Counted from the stretch's first letter, positions 8,788-17,223 are shown. The stretch: DNA of 28,796 nt from Nitrososphaeraceae archaeon (GCA_044870765.1 JBIOZG010000038.1:1-28796), one strand, 5' to 3'. Made by a program: numbers and translations. The notes: generated by a model from the letters alone, not told the origin.

Positions 8788-9648
8788 TTATTTTGTGGAT
8801 AATTTTACCAAATAGTCTGTAATTGCTCCGGCTATGTCAGACTTACATACGGTCGATGCTCCTCTAAATTCTACAGTATTGTTCAGCTCATGCACCAAAT
8901 AGCCTCTTTGTTTATCTTCCATGAGATCTACTCCCAAGATTCCGCCTCCTACAGCGCTTGAAGCTTTTAGGACAATCTCTTGTAATTCTGCTGTCATTGG
9001 GGCCTCTTCTGTTCTGCCACCAACAGCTACATTTGTTCTCCATTCATTTTCTGAAGAGTATCTATACACCGAGGCTACTATTTGATCTCCTATAACAATG
9101 CATCTAATATCACGTGAAGGACGATCAACTAATTCCTGGAAATAGTAGATTCTAGAAAATGAATTATCGTTATCTTGTCTTGAATCCAACAACATTTCAG
9201 CCATTGATTGATCTTTTATTTGGTAAACACCACGACCCCATGAACCAATAATTGGTTTAACTACCAGCGGATATCCAAGATTTTTCATACACTCTCTTGC
9301 TGACTCCGTACTAAAGGCAAAAGTAGTTTTGGGAGTTGGCACATTATTCTTTTTCAAAACCATAGAGGTGATTAGCTTGTTCCCGCAAATTTCGCCGACA
9401 TTGAATGTATTTACAACAGAGAAGCCTATTTGTTCCAGACAGTAAGTTAAATGTAAGCCCCTGTTATGGCTTATAACTCGCTGTAATATAATATCGCCAA
9501 ACGAAAGATTGTGTTTCCTTGATTCGGTATCAAATGTTATTAATTTCCCGTCTACTAATGTTGCGTCTAATCCTTTTTCTTTGACCTTGCTGTATATTTT
9601 TTTTTCTTCAAATCTTAGTTTGTCATATATTATGCATATTGTATTCAA
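8788..9648 (-). CDS. argX: Second LysX/ArgX-family ATP-grasp ligase, probable glutamate--LysW ligase
   Basis: RFEEK, KPIIGSWGR, RDIRCIVIG, EWRTNVAVGG and ELNNTVEFRG motifs; lies between argG-lysW2 and argC. The family is clear; the ArgX specificity is inferred from context and recalled motif similarity. Confidence 0.8.
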   Translation of the reverse strand: MNTICIIYDKLRFEEKKIYSKVKEKGLDATLVDGKLITFDTESRKHNLSFGDIILQRVISHNRGLHLTYCLEQIGFSVVNTFNVGEICGNKLITSMVLKKNNVPTPKTTFAFSTESARECMKNLGYPLVVKPIIGSWGRGVYQIKDQSMAEMLLDSRQDNDNSFSRIYYFQELVDRPSRDIRCIVIGDQIVASVYRYSSENEWRTNVAVGGRTEEAPMTAELQEIVLKASSAVGGGILGVDLMEDKQRGYLVHELNNTVEFRGASTVCKSDIAGAITDYLVKLSTK

Positions 9649-9822
9649 CTATTGTCCCCAGTCTTCCCCGACTGATTCGGCTTGTTTCATCTCCACACTA
9701 TTCTGAGTCTTTGATACTATCTCAAAGTCGGTGCCGCAGTCTGGACATGTAATGATTTCTCCAACCATCGCGTCTTCCGGTATGGTCAATTCAGCTCCAC
9801 AATCCTTACATTCTTTTTTCAC
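9649..9822 (-). CDS. lysW: Amino-group carrier protein LysW/ArgW (copy 2, ends EDWGQ), 57 aa
   Basis: Manual translation from GTG 9822: MKKECKDCGAELTIPEDAMVGEIITCPDCGTDFEIVSKTQNSVEMKQAESVGEDWGQ*; two CxxC pairs; AGGAG upstream; its stop abuts the ligase TTG start. Not in the ORF track. Confidence 0.95.
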   Translation of the reverse strand: MKKECKDCGAELTIPEDAMVGEIITCPDCGTDFEIVSKTQNSVEMKQAESVGEDWGQ

Positions 9823-9828
9823 TTTTAT

Positions 9829-11034
9829 TTATCTCCTTTTCTCTTTTGATAAGTTCTTTGATAATTTATTAGCAATAACTGTTTCCATCCCCCATAACTC
9901 TATAAAACCCTTTGCAAGGTTTTGGTCGAATACAGAGTCTGAAGCATATGTCGCCAACGTCTGTCTGTAAAGTGAATTCTTGGATTTTCTTCCCACTACT
10001 CTGAAAGATCCATTTTGCAATTTCATTTTAACTTTTCCTGAAACTCTATTTTGAGTTGCATCTATAAACCTATCCAAGTCTTCTCTAAGAGGATCAAACC
10101 ATAACCCGGAATAAACCATCCAACTCCACTTATCTTCCACCAATTGCTTGAAACTTAATTCATGTTGAGTCAGAACAAGTTGTTCCAGATCTTTGTGGGC
10201 TGCGAGGATAGTCTGAGCTGCAGGGGCTTCGTATATTTCCCTTGTTTTTATTCCGACTACTCTGTCTTCTATGTGGTCTACTACACCAACTCCGTGTTTA
10301 CCGGCTTTAACATTCAAATATCTAATAATGTCCAACAAACTCATTTTTTTATTGTCAACTCCCACTGGCGTGCCTTTCTCAAATTGTATTTCTAAATATT
10401 CAGGCGGTATCATCTTATTCTTGACCAAACTAAAAATTTCTTCTGGAGGTTCTTTCCAAGGATCTTCTAGTTGACCTGCTTCGATAGCTCTTCCCCATAT
10501 ATTTGTGTCAGTGCTATACTTTTTAATTTCATCATTTAGTGGAACATTATTTTTTTTTGCGTATGCTAGTTCACGATCCCGTGTCAAATTCATTTCCCTT
10601 ATTGGTGCAATTATCTTGATAGTTGGATCAATTGATGACATTGCAATATCAAACCTAACCTGGTCGTTTCCCTTTCCCGTGCACCCATGTGCAACTGCAG
10701 TTGCACCTTCTTGCGCGGCAACTTCCATTATTTTCTCCGCAATCAATGGACGAGCTAGAGCAGTAGCAAGAGGATATTTTCCTTGATAGAGACCGTTTGC
10801 CCTAATTGATCTGTATACATATTTCTCTACAAACTCTTTTTTTGCATCGACGTTGATATGCTTTATAGCACCAAGCATCTTTGATTTTTTTCTAATTGCA
10901 TCAAAGTCATCTTCTTGACCGCAGTCAACGGTGGTCGTAATTACATCCATTTTCTGCTTATTTTGCAGATATTTTACGCATACTGATGTGTCCAAACCAC
11001 CAGAGAAAGCTAATACAACTTTTTTATTGGACAT
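9829..11034 (-). CDS. argG: Argininosuccinate synthase
   Basis: VVLAFSGGLDTS, YPLATALARP, HGCTGKGNDQVRF and EDRVVGIKTREIYEAP motifs; start taken at ATG 11034 (MSNKKVV). Confidence 0.97.
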   Translation of the reverse strand: MSNKKVVLAFSGGLDTSVCVKYLQNKQKMDVITTTVDCGQEDDFDAIRKKSKMLGAIKHINVDAKKEFVEKYVYRSIRANGLYQGKYPLATALARPLIAEKIMEVAAQEGATAVAHGCTGKGNDQVRFDIAMSSIDPTIKIIAPIREMNLTRDRELAYAKKNNVPLNDEIKKYSTDTNIWGRAIEAGQLEDPWKEPPEEIFSLVKNKMIPPEYLEIQFEKGTPVGVDNKKMSLLDIIRYLNVKAGKHGVGVVDHIEDRVVGIKTREIYEAPAAQTILAAHKDLEQLVLTQHELSFKQLVEDKWSWMVYSGLWFDPLREDLDRFIDATQNRVSGKVKMKLQNGSFRVVGRKSKNSLYRQTLATYASDSVFDQNLAKGFIELWGMETVIANKLSKNLSKEKRR

Positions 11035-11140
11035 TACTAATGCAACCCATATCATAATCGACTTATATTTTTTGGTTAATCTCAGAAACATGGTTGTGAA
11101 AATGAAAACTATTAAAACCATACGTGATCAATAACTTCGT
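11035..11140. promoter_or_regulatory. Divergent promoter region (argG operon / HTH regulator)
   Basis: Minus-strand AAAAAATATAAG about 27 nt before the argG ATG; plus-strand GAAAAC-TATTAAAA (11104-11117) about 24 nt before ATG 11141. Both spacings fit leaderless archaeal transcripts. Confidence 0.55.
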
Positions 11141-12051
11141 ATGCATTACGGGTATAACTTTGAAGAAGTAAAACAAAAAGTATTTTCTGCTTTATCTGAA
11201 AACTACGCTGGTCTATCCGGAATTGAATTGGCCTCAAAGACCAAGATAAATCGAATGACCCTTACAAAATACTTGAACCTAATGCTGGCACAAGGATTAA
11301 TTCGAAAAAAAAAATTGGAACGGTTAATGTATGGTACTTGGACAAAGATGCTCCCCAAATTGAATTTCCAATAAATATCCACAATTTACAACAAAAATTT
11401 TTAGATTGTCTGGTTCAGGGTAATGAATCACAAGCAATTAACATAATTTCTAATTTGTTATTTTCAACGATATCAAAGGAGAGAATAATATTTGATATTA
11501 TTTTACCAACTTTGAATATATTAAATGATATGTATGATAGAGGCAAAATAAGTGAAAGTGAAAAATTGCTAGTTTCTAATACTGCCATAGATCTTGTATT
11601 GATGACAAAGTTTGTTTCTACGACAGACACTCCAAAATTAAGAGCTTATTCCATAGTCGTTTCTGGGTCCGAAGAGGCAACATACTTGGCAAGAATTGCC
11701 TCTGTAACTTTGCATTTAATGGGGTGGCATTCGCTTTATTTGGGAAACGTTGAAAATAAGATAGATCCATTTTTCGACATAGATATTCAAAGGCTTATTT
11801 CTAAAAAATTAAAAAATGTAAATGGGTTGTCTGCTGTGATGATTTTTTCCTTTAATGCTAACACATTAAAATTCCTGTCAAATACTATCAATGCATTAAG
11901 GAAGAAGATTGAAAATAATTTACGAATTGCAGTATATACTAACAACGACTTGTTGCAAGTATCACATGAAATGGATGTTGATTACAGTACAACAGAATTA
12001 AAAGCACTTATTGATTGGGCGAAAGATGAATATCGCAACACATTATCTTAA
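11141..12051 (+). CDS. HTH plus cobalamin-binding-like domain transcriptional regulator, frameshifted at an A10 run (pseudogene, slippage or sequencing error)
   Basis: ORF 11141-11374 encodes a winged HTH (LSGIELASKTKINRMTLTKYL). ORF 11338-12051 has a four-helix cap (MYDRGKISESE) and a GWHSLYLG Rossmann segment. One extra A in 11305-11314 joins them as GLIRKKKIGTVNVWYLDKD, giving 303 aa. Confidence 0.78.
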
Positions 12052-12363
12052 ATTTATTTCAAAAGTACGGAGAGCGAATTTCATTTTTTTGGGCTGTTGT
12101 TACCCGAAATAAGAACCTATATCTCCCTACTCTGCAGAATATGCAGAACGAATATTGTAAAATTTTCAGTATACATCTTTCATGGATCTGTAATTTGGAA
12201 TTTGCTATTCGCCTTCATAGACATGCAACTTGGAAATCATTGGCAAGATGTAGATAATTATTCAGTATATCTTGAAATCTTGCTATTGGCAGCTTGCTCC
12301 GGATTTGTAATTTGGTACATAATAAAAAACCACAAGATAATTTTATTCATTATCTGCTTTTAA
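12052..12363 (+). pseudogene. DedA-family membrane protein remnant (C-terminal half)
   Basis: Reads LFQKYGERISFF / GLLLPEIRTYISL...KFSVYIFHGSVIWNLLFAFIDMQLG, matching the DedA F-x-x-YG...FFGR-x-x-P-x-x-RT-x-IS...F...GS-x-IW pattern. It has a frameshift in T7 (12084-12090), the conserved Arg and PAG are lost, and there is no N-terminal half. Confidence 0.68.
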
Positions 12364-12397
12364 TGGCATTATATCAAGGATTGAATGTATTTACAAG

Positions 12398-12471
12398 TGG
12401 GCCGAAAGGGATTTGAACCCTCGGCCTTTCGATTATCAGTCGAACGCTCCGCCAAGCTGAGCTATCGGCCC
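12398..12471 (-). tRNA. tRNA-Ile(GAT)
   Basis: GGGCCGATAGCTCAGCTTGGCGGAGCGTTCGACT-GAT-AATCGAAAGGCCGAGGGTTCAAATCCCTTTCGGCCCA folds as a cloverleaf; no intron; CCA not encoded. Confidence 0.97.
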
Positions 12472-12568
12472 ATAAATCGAATTAATATGACGATATTTAT
12501 TCGTGTGGATATGAAAACGACGGACAAAAATGCATTTAAGTCATGCAGCAAACTATCTAACTTGTTAA

Positions 12569-13390
12569 TTGGTACCTCGGATAAAAAATGTCGCTATTGT
12601 CACAAAAATTAAAAATGACTTGGCAAAAAATGCCGCTCGAAATGTTGCAAAGTTTCTGGATGAAAAAAAGGTTAAGGTATTCTCAATAGAACAACTTGGT
12701 GCTAATAATAATGTTCATCTAGTTAATCCTTCCGCGCTTGCCAAAACCGATCTTGATCTAGTTTTTGCCATAGGGGGAGATGGTACGACTCTGCGTGCCT
12801 TTAGAATAATAAATAAAAGTACACCGGTTTTCAGCCTAAATATAGGAGGAACCAGAGGGATATTGGCAGAGGCTAATACAAAACCAATTGACCAACAGTT
12901 GCAGGATATTTTCAATGGAAAATATTTCTATGATAAAAGACTACGATTGCAGGCAAATATTGATGGAAAAATGGTTGGCGCCGCACTCAACGACATAGTT
13001 ATAACAAGGACAAATTTGACCAAGACTCCTGTTGTTACTATTAAAGTACTCGATTACCCTATATCACAGAAAATGGATGGAGTTATAATTTCTACTCCTA
13101 CAGGTTCAACTGGACATGCTCTTTCTTTAGGTGGACCTATAGTTCATGAGAATATGAAATGTGTCATGATATTACCAATTGCCCCCGTTAACAAGACACC
13201 AGCACTGATTGTTGATATAAATGATATTGTTATCAGTTCTACTGACAGCTCAAAGATAATTATTGACGGTCAACAGGTTTTTGACTCGAAGTGGAAAAGT
13301 AACATCGCCATCTCTAGATATCCATATGATGGAGTATTCCTACGGATTGGTAAAAGGGGTATAAGGCAGCTTGAAAAACTTGGATTCTAG
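12569..13390 (+). CDS. nadK: NAD(+)/NADH kinase
   Basis: GGDGTTL, ALND and DGVIISTPTGSTGHALSLGGP motifs; TTG start. Confidence 0.94.
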   Translation: MVPRIKNVAIVTKIKNDLAKNAARNVAKFLDEKKVKVFSIEQLGANNNVHLVNPSALAKTDLDLVFAIGGDGTTLRAFRIINKSTPVFSLNIGGTRGILAEANTKPIDQQLQDIFNGKYFYDKRLRLQANIDGKMVGAALNDIVITRTNLTKTPVVTIKVLDYPISQKMDGVIISTPTGSTGHALSLGGPIVHENMKCVMILPIAPVNKTPALIVDINDIVISSTDSSKIIIDGQQVFDSKWKSNIAISRYPYDGVFLRIGKRGIRQLEKLGF

Positions 13391-13892
13391 AGCAGAATCA
13401 AAATTTGCCTTGGACGCAACAGCATTTTACCAGGGATTTCATTTGAAGTCCAAAAGTACTTGCATTACATCAGATTTAGTATTTGACGAGATTTCCCATA
13501 TTCAAAGGAATCTTTCAATTTTGGACACTTTGGTATCAAATAGGAGAATCATGATATTTGAGCCTGATATTATGTCATTGAGATTGGTCCGAGATGCTGC
13601 AAAACAAACGGGGGAAGAGAGACTTACTGATGCTGATATTTCAATCCTTGCTCTTGCGAAAGGTAATGATGCAACACTAGTTACCGATGACTTTGCTGTC
13701 TGTAATCTTGCAAACATTTTGTCAATTAAATTACTTAACTTAGGAACAAAGGGTATTAGGGAGACAAGAAAATGGGTTAAGTTTTGCAAAAGTTGTGGAA
13801 GAGGGTATGCGCCAAAGCATACGATCTGTGCTATTTGTGGTAACAAGTTGAGTATTCGATATAAAAAAATGACAAAATCAGAAATTACTTAA
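13371..13892 (+). CDS. nob1: Nob1-family PIN endonuclease with zinc ribbon (rRNA maturation)
   Basis: PIN acidic residues in LDATAF, VFDEI, LTDADISILALA and VTDDFAV; CKSC...CAIC zinc ribbon. Confidence 0.88.
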   Translation: MKNLDSRAESKFALDATAFYQGFHLKSKSTCITSDLVFDEISHIQRNLSILDTLVSNRRIMIFEPDIMSLRLVRDAAKQTGEERLTDADISILALAKGNDATLVTDDFAVCNLANILSIKLLNLGTKGIRETRKWVKFCKSCGRGYAPKHTICAICGNKLSIRYKKMTKSEIT

Positions 13893-13926
13893 TTAGAATT
13901 GGGTGATGATGTCATTATTTGAGTAC

Positions 13927-15123
13927 CTAATTCACATGAATGACGTTTGGATTTAGGATCTTTATGTATATTGAATTTGTATTTTTTTCACTATGGTCAT
14001 GGATAATTTTTGAATCGTTTCCAAATTTTTTGATATAAGCAGTGATGATTAATATCCAAGGTACAATTGATTTTTCCTTCGAGTCAAAATGAAGTTTTAG
14101 CATATTGTTTTGGGGTTCATAGTTTAGATACCCTGAGTAGCTTATCTTTAGGGCTGAATCTACGATACGTATTATGTCATCAATACTTTGACAGGTTATG
14201 TCACTACTAAATTTTTCAATCTCACCAATTAATGATGAATAATTACTATCTTCCTTGATTGACAAGTCTAGTAATATTTGTGTAAGATCATCTTCTACCA
14301 ATTTAGACAAAATTATTGCCTCCTTTGGGATCCTGTTACCCAGTAAACTAGGATTTATTCTAAGAGCTTTTTTCCATTTCTCGTCAAATAATTTGATATA
14401 AGAATTACCAAATGCATCCGGTGTCAATATTAGAGATGCCTTTCCATTGGTACTGTCGATGAAAATTATTTTTTTGAAATCGAAAATTATTATATTCCCA
14501 GAAACATTGTCCGACCTAACTTCTACTCCGGTTGGAAACGTTACATCATTGTCATTAGCAAAAGATTGAATACCAAGTAGAATATTGATTTTTATACCTC
14601 TTTTAACGGCCTCTGTCAAAGAAGCTTTAGATTGAAAGACAACATTTTGTCCCCATGAGTCCAGAATAAAGTCAATATTTGATTTGGTTGAAGAAACTAG
14701 TTCTTCAATTTTTTGCACGACTGCGTTAGGTTCGAGAACCAGGTACTTTTTTTCTTCATATGGCTTTTTTCCCTCATCTCTCAATTTCTTCAGACTATTC
14801 AAAATGGTATGCATCGACGCCAATCTCCCTTGTTGCATAGTAATTAGCTCACCGAAAGCTTCGTCAGGCGGTGTTGCTGTGGCTATCATTGGTTTCTGAC
14901 TTGAAATTGTTGAAAGCTTTTTTCTTTCTAATTTTTTTAAAGTCGTGTAAATCTTTGTTCGAGGAACATTCGAATAATAGGCTATCTCACTTGCTCCTAA
15001 TGTTCCTTTTGAAACCAATGTGATATATGCCATAGACTCATATTTTGATAGCCCGAATTCTTCAAGATTCGCTACGAGATCCAGGTAATTTGGTATATCA
15101 TCAGGACGTTTAATCATGAGCAC
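13927..15123 (-). CDS. TrmB-family transcriptional regulator
   Basis: LEEFGLSKYESMAYITL...ASEIAYYSNVPRTKIYTTLKKL TrmB HTH, then an effector-like domain (AVKRGIKINILL). The start may be ATG 15117. Confidence 0.88.
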   Translation of the reverse strand: MLMIKRPDDIPNYLDLVANLEEFGLSKYESMAYITLVSKGTLGASEIAYYSNVPRTKIYTTLKKLERKKLSTISSQKPMIATATPPDEAFGELITMQQGRLASMHTILNSLKKLRDEGKKPYEEKKYLVLEPNAVVQKIEELVSSTKSNIDFILDSWGQNVVFQSKASLTEAVKRGIKINILLGIQSFANDNDVTFPTGVEVRSDNVSGNIIIFDFKKIIFIDSTNGKASLILTPDAFGNSYIKLFDEKWKKALRINPSLLGNRIPKEAIILSKLVEDDLTQILLDLSIKEDSNYSSLIGEIEKFSSDITCQSIDDIIRIVDSALKISYSGYLNYEPQNNMLKLHFDSKEKSIVPWILIITAYIKKFGNDSKIIHDHSEKNTNSIYIKILNPNVIHVN

Positions 15124-15457
15124 TTTTTTTTAAATATGGACGTAAAGCAGGATGTCAATTTGATTGGACAAAAGATAAGAAAATTTAAAAGCTGAATATG
15201 GCAACACAACCTAACGTCTATGAATATGCTCACAATGAGGTTTTGTCCTATCGCCTCACAAGCACAAATTTATCAATTAAGAACTTCCAAATCAAATGCA
15301 AAACATTATTTTGAGATAATATTATTGAAATTTTTCTTGTCTTTTTCACAGATTTTTGATAATTTTTCTTAGTCTTTGTTCAATTTATTTTGTTCCTTGA
15401 CCAATATAGATTCACAATGTATTACTTCAAAGAAATACTCAGAGTTTTAGTGATTAT

Positions 15458-16687
15458 ATGAGTTTAGCTCCACAGGAACTAGAGAATAGTGCCAGTAAAT
15501 ACGCAGCTGAAGCAATTAGATTGGACTCGGAGGGTTCCAATGGACATGCAATTAGTGCTTATCAACGAGCAGTTGAAGCGTTGGTAAAGTTGGTGCAAAT
15601 CTATCCTGATTACAAGTTGAATAAAATTTACATGGAGAGGGCAAATTCCTATAGAAATAGAATCAAGGCCCTGCAGATGTCTAATTCATTATATGACTCT
15701 GAAATCAACAAGAGAGGACAATTTGATCAGAAATCAGTAAATTCAACGAATTCAATTCTTAACAATATACGTACTTCAAAGAAGACGAACGGACCCAACG
15801 GGGGATTCAGTTTGGACTTTGAAGAATTACTTATGACTGACAAACCGAAGGTAACATGGAACGAAGTAATTGGTTTAGATGATGCCAAGAGAGCTATGAG
15901 GGAATCCATAGTCTATCCGACTATAAGACCAGATCTGTTGCCACTGGGCTGGGCAAGGGGAATTTTGTTGTTTGGACCTCCTGGTTGTGGAAAGACTTTA
16001 CTTGCAGCAGCAGCAGCGGCCGAAATTGATGGATATTTCATTAATGTTGACGCCGCTTCGATGATGAGCAAATGGCTGGGCGAGGCAGAAAAAAATGTTT
16101 CAAAATTATTTTCCATGGCGCGCAAGTTACATGATAGTGAGGGTGTTCCTGTCTTGATTTTTGTTGATGAAATAGATTCTCTTTTGGGAAATAGAAACAG
16201 CGAAGTGGGAGGCGAAGTCAGGGTAAAAAATCAATTCCTTACCGAGATGGATGGCATAAACGGGAAATCAAGAGAATCAAAACTATATGTTATTGGTGCA
16301 ACTAACAAACCTTGGAGCTTGGAGGCAGGTTTTCTTAGAAGATTTCAAAAGAGGATTTATGTTTCGCTTCCCGATAGAGCTTCTAGAATCAACCTTTTTG
16401 GTCAGTATACTACAAGATTGCAAATGGAATCTTCATTGAAAATTGAAGATCTTGCAAAGTTATCAGAAGGTTACAGTGGCAGTGACGTCAAGGACATATG
16501 CCAATCTGCTCAACTGCGAGTCGTAGACGAGCTATTTCAAAGCGGCAAGGGGCTGGATAGTGATGCAAGCACACGATCAATTACTGAATCAGATTTTAAA
16601 GAAATTCTAAAGATGAGAAAGCCTAGTGTCAGTGTGGATATGATTCGGGCATACATGAGATGGAGCGAACAGTTTAAAGCTCTCTAG
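15458..16687 (+). CDS. cdvC: Vps4/CdvC AAA+ ATPase with N-terminal MIT domain
   Basis: MIT-like helices (AAEAIRLD...YQRAVEAL...YRNRIKAL), Walker A GPPGCGKT, pore loop SKWLGE, Walker B FVDE, ATNKPW, RRFQKR and C-terminal FKAL. Confidence 0.9.
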   Translation: MSLAPQELENSASKYAAEAIRLDSEGSNGHAISAYQRAVEALVKLVQIYPDYKLNKIYMERANSYRNRIKALQMSNSLYDSEINKRGQFDQKSVNSTNSILNNIRTSKKTNGPNGGFSLDFEELLMTDKPKVTWNEVIGLDDAKRAMRESIVYPTIRPDLLPLGWARGILLFGPPGCGKTLLAAAAAAEIDGYFINVDAASMMSKWLGEAEKNVSKLFSMARKLHDSEGVPVLIFVDEIDSLLGNRNSEVGGEVRVKNQFLTEMDGINGKSRESKLYVIGATNKPWSLEAGFLRRFQKRIYVSLPDRASRINLFGQYTTRLQMESSLKIEDLAKLSEGYSGSDVKDICQSAQLRVVDELFQSGKGLDSDASTRSITESDFKEILKMRKPSVSVDMIRAYMRWSEQFKAL

Positions 16688-17223
16688 TTTGATTTTCCCT
16701 TTTCGTAACTCTCAATAGCCTGAGTAATTTTTTCTAGTGCCGATTCCTTACCTTCCCAACCTGAAATCTTTACAAATTTCCCTTTCTCTAATTCTTTGTA
16801 ATGTTCAAAGAAGTGTTTTATTTGGTCTTTCAAATACTGGGGTATGTTTTCGATATCACGAATAGCAGAGAAACTCGGGTCAATTTTCGACGTCGGTACA
16901 GCCACTATTTTTGAATCATGACCTTCTTCATCTTCAGTCTGCAGTACGCCTACTGGTATCACTCTAATTAGAGATAATGGCGCCAAGGGCGATTCTCCCA
17001 GTACGAGTACATCAACAGGATCTCCATCTTTTTCCAGTGTGTTTGGTAAAAATCCATAATTGCACGGATAATACATTGCTGTAAACAATCTCCTGTCTAC
17101 TTTGATAAAACCGCTTTTGGTGTCAAATTCATATTTTATATTACTGCCCTTGGGGATTTCTATAATTGCTGAACACTCATCAGGCGATTGCTTGATAGAC
17201 CCAATTCCTTGATTTGTTGTCAT
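16684..17223 (-). CDS. ppa: Inorganic pyrophosphatase (family I)
   Basis: IEIPKGSNIKYE, YPCNYG, DGDPVDV and HFFEHYKELE motifs. Confidence 0.97.
   Translation of the reverse strand: MTTNQGIGSIKQSPDECSAIIEIPKGSNIKYEFDTKSGFIKVDRRLFTAMYYPCNYGFLPNTLEKDGDPVDVLVLGESPLAPLSLIRVIPVGVLQTEDEEGHDSKIVAVPTSKIDPSFSAIRDIENIPQYLKDQIKHFFEHYKELEKGKFVKISGWEGKESALEKITQAIESYEKGKSN

Noticed and set aside
9509-9970. Plus-strand ORFs 9509-9706 and 9731-9970
   Set aside because: Antisense shadows of argX, lysW2 and argG.
11035-11121. 29-aa hydrophobic N-terminal extension of ArgG in the ORF track
   Set aside because: Homology starts at MSNKKVV and a TATA element lies inside the extension; not a signal peptide.
11090-11121. 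ATGGTT...AACCAT inverted repeat in the divergent promoter
   Set aside because: Only 6-bp arms with a 20-nt spacer in AT-rich DNA; not distinguishable from chance.
12385-12612. 75-aa plus-strand ORF
   Set aside because: It is the antisense reading of tRNA-Ile and runs into the nadK start.
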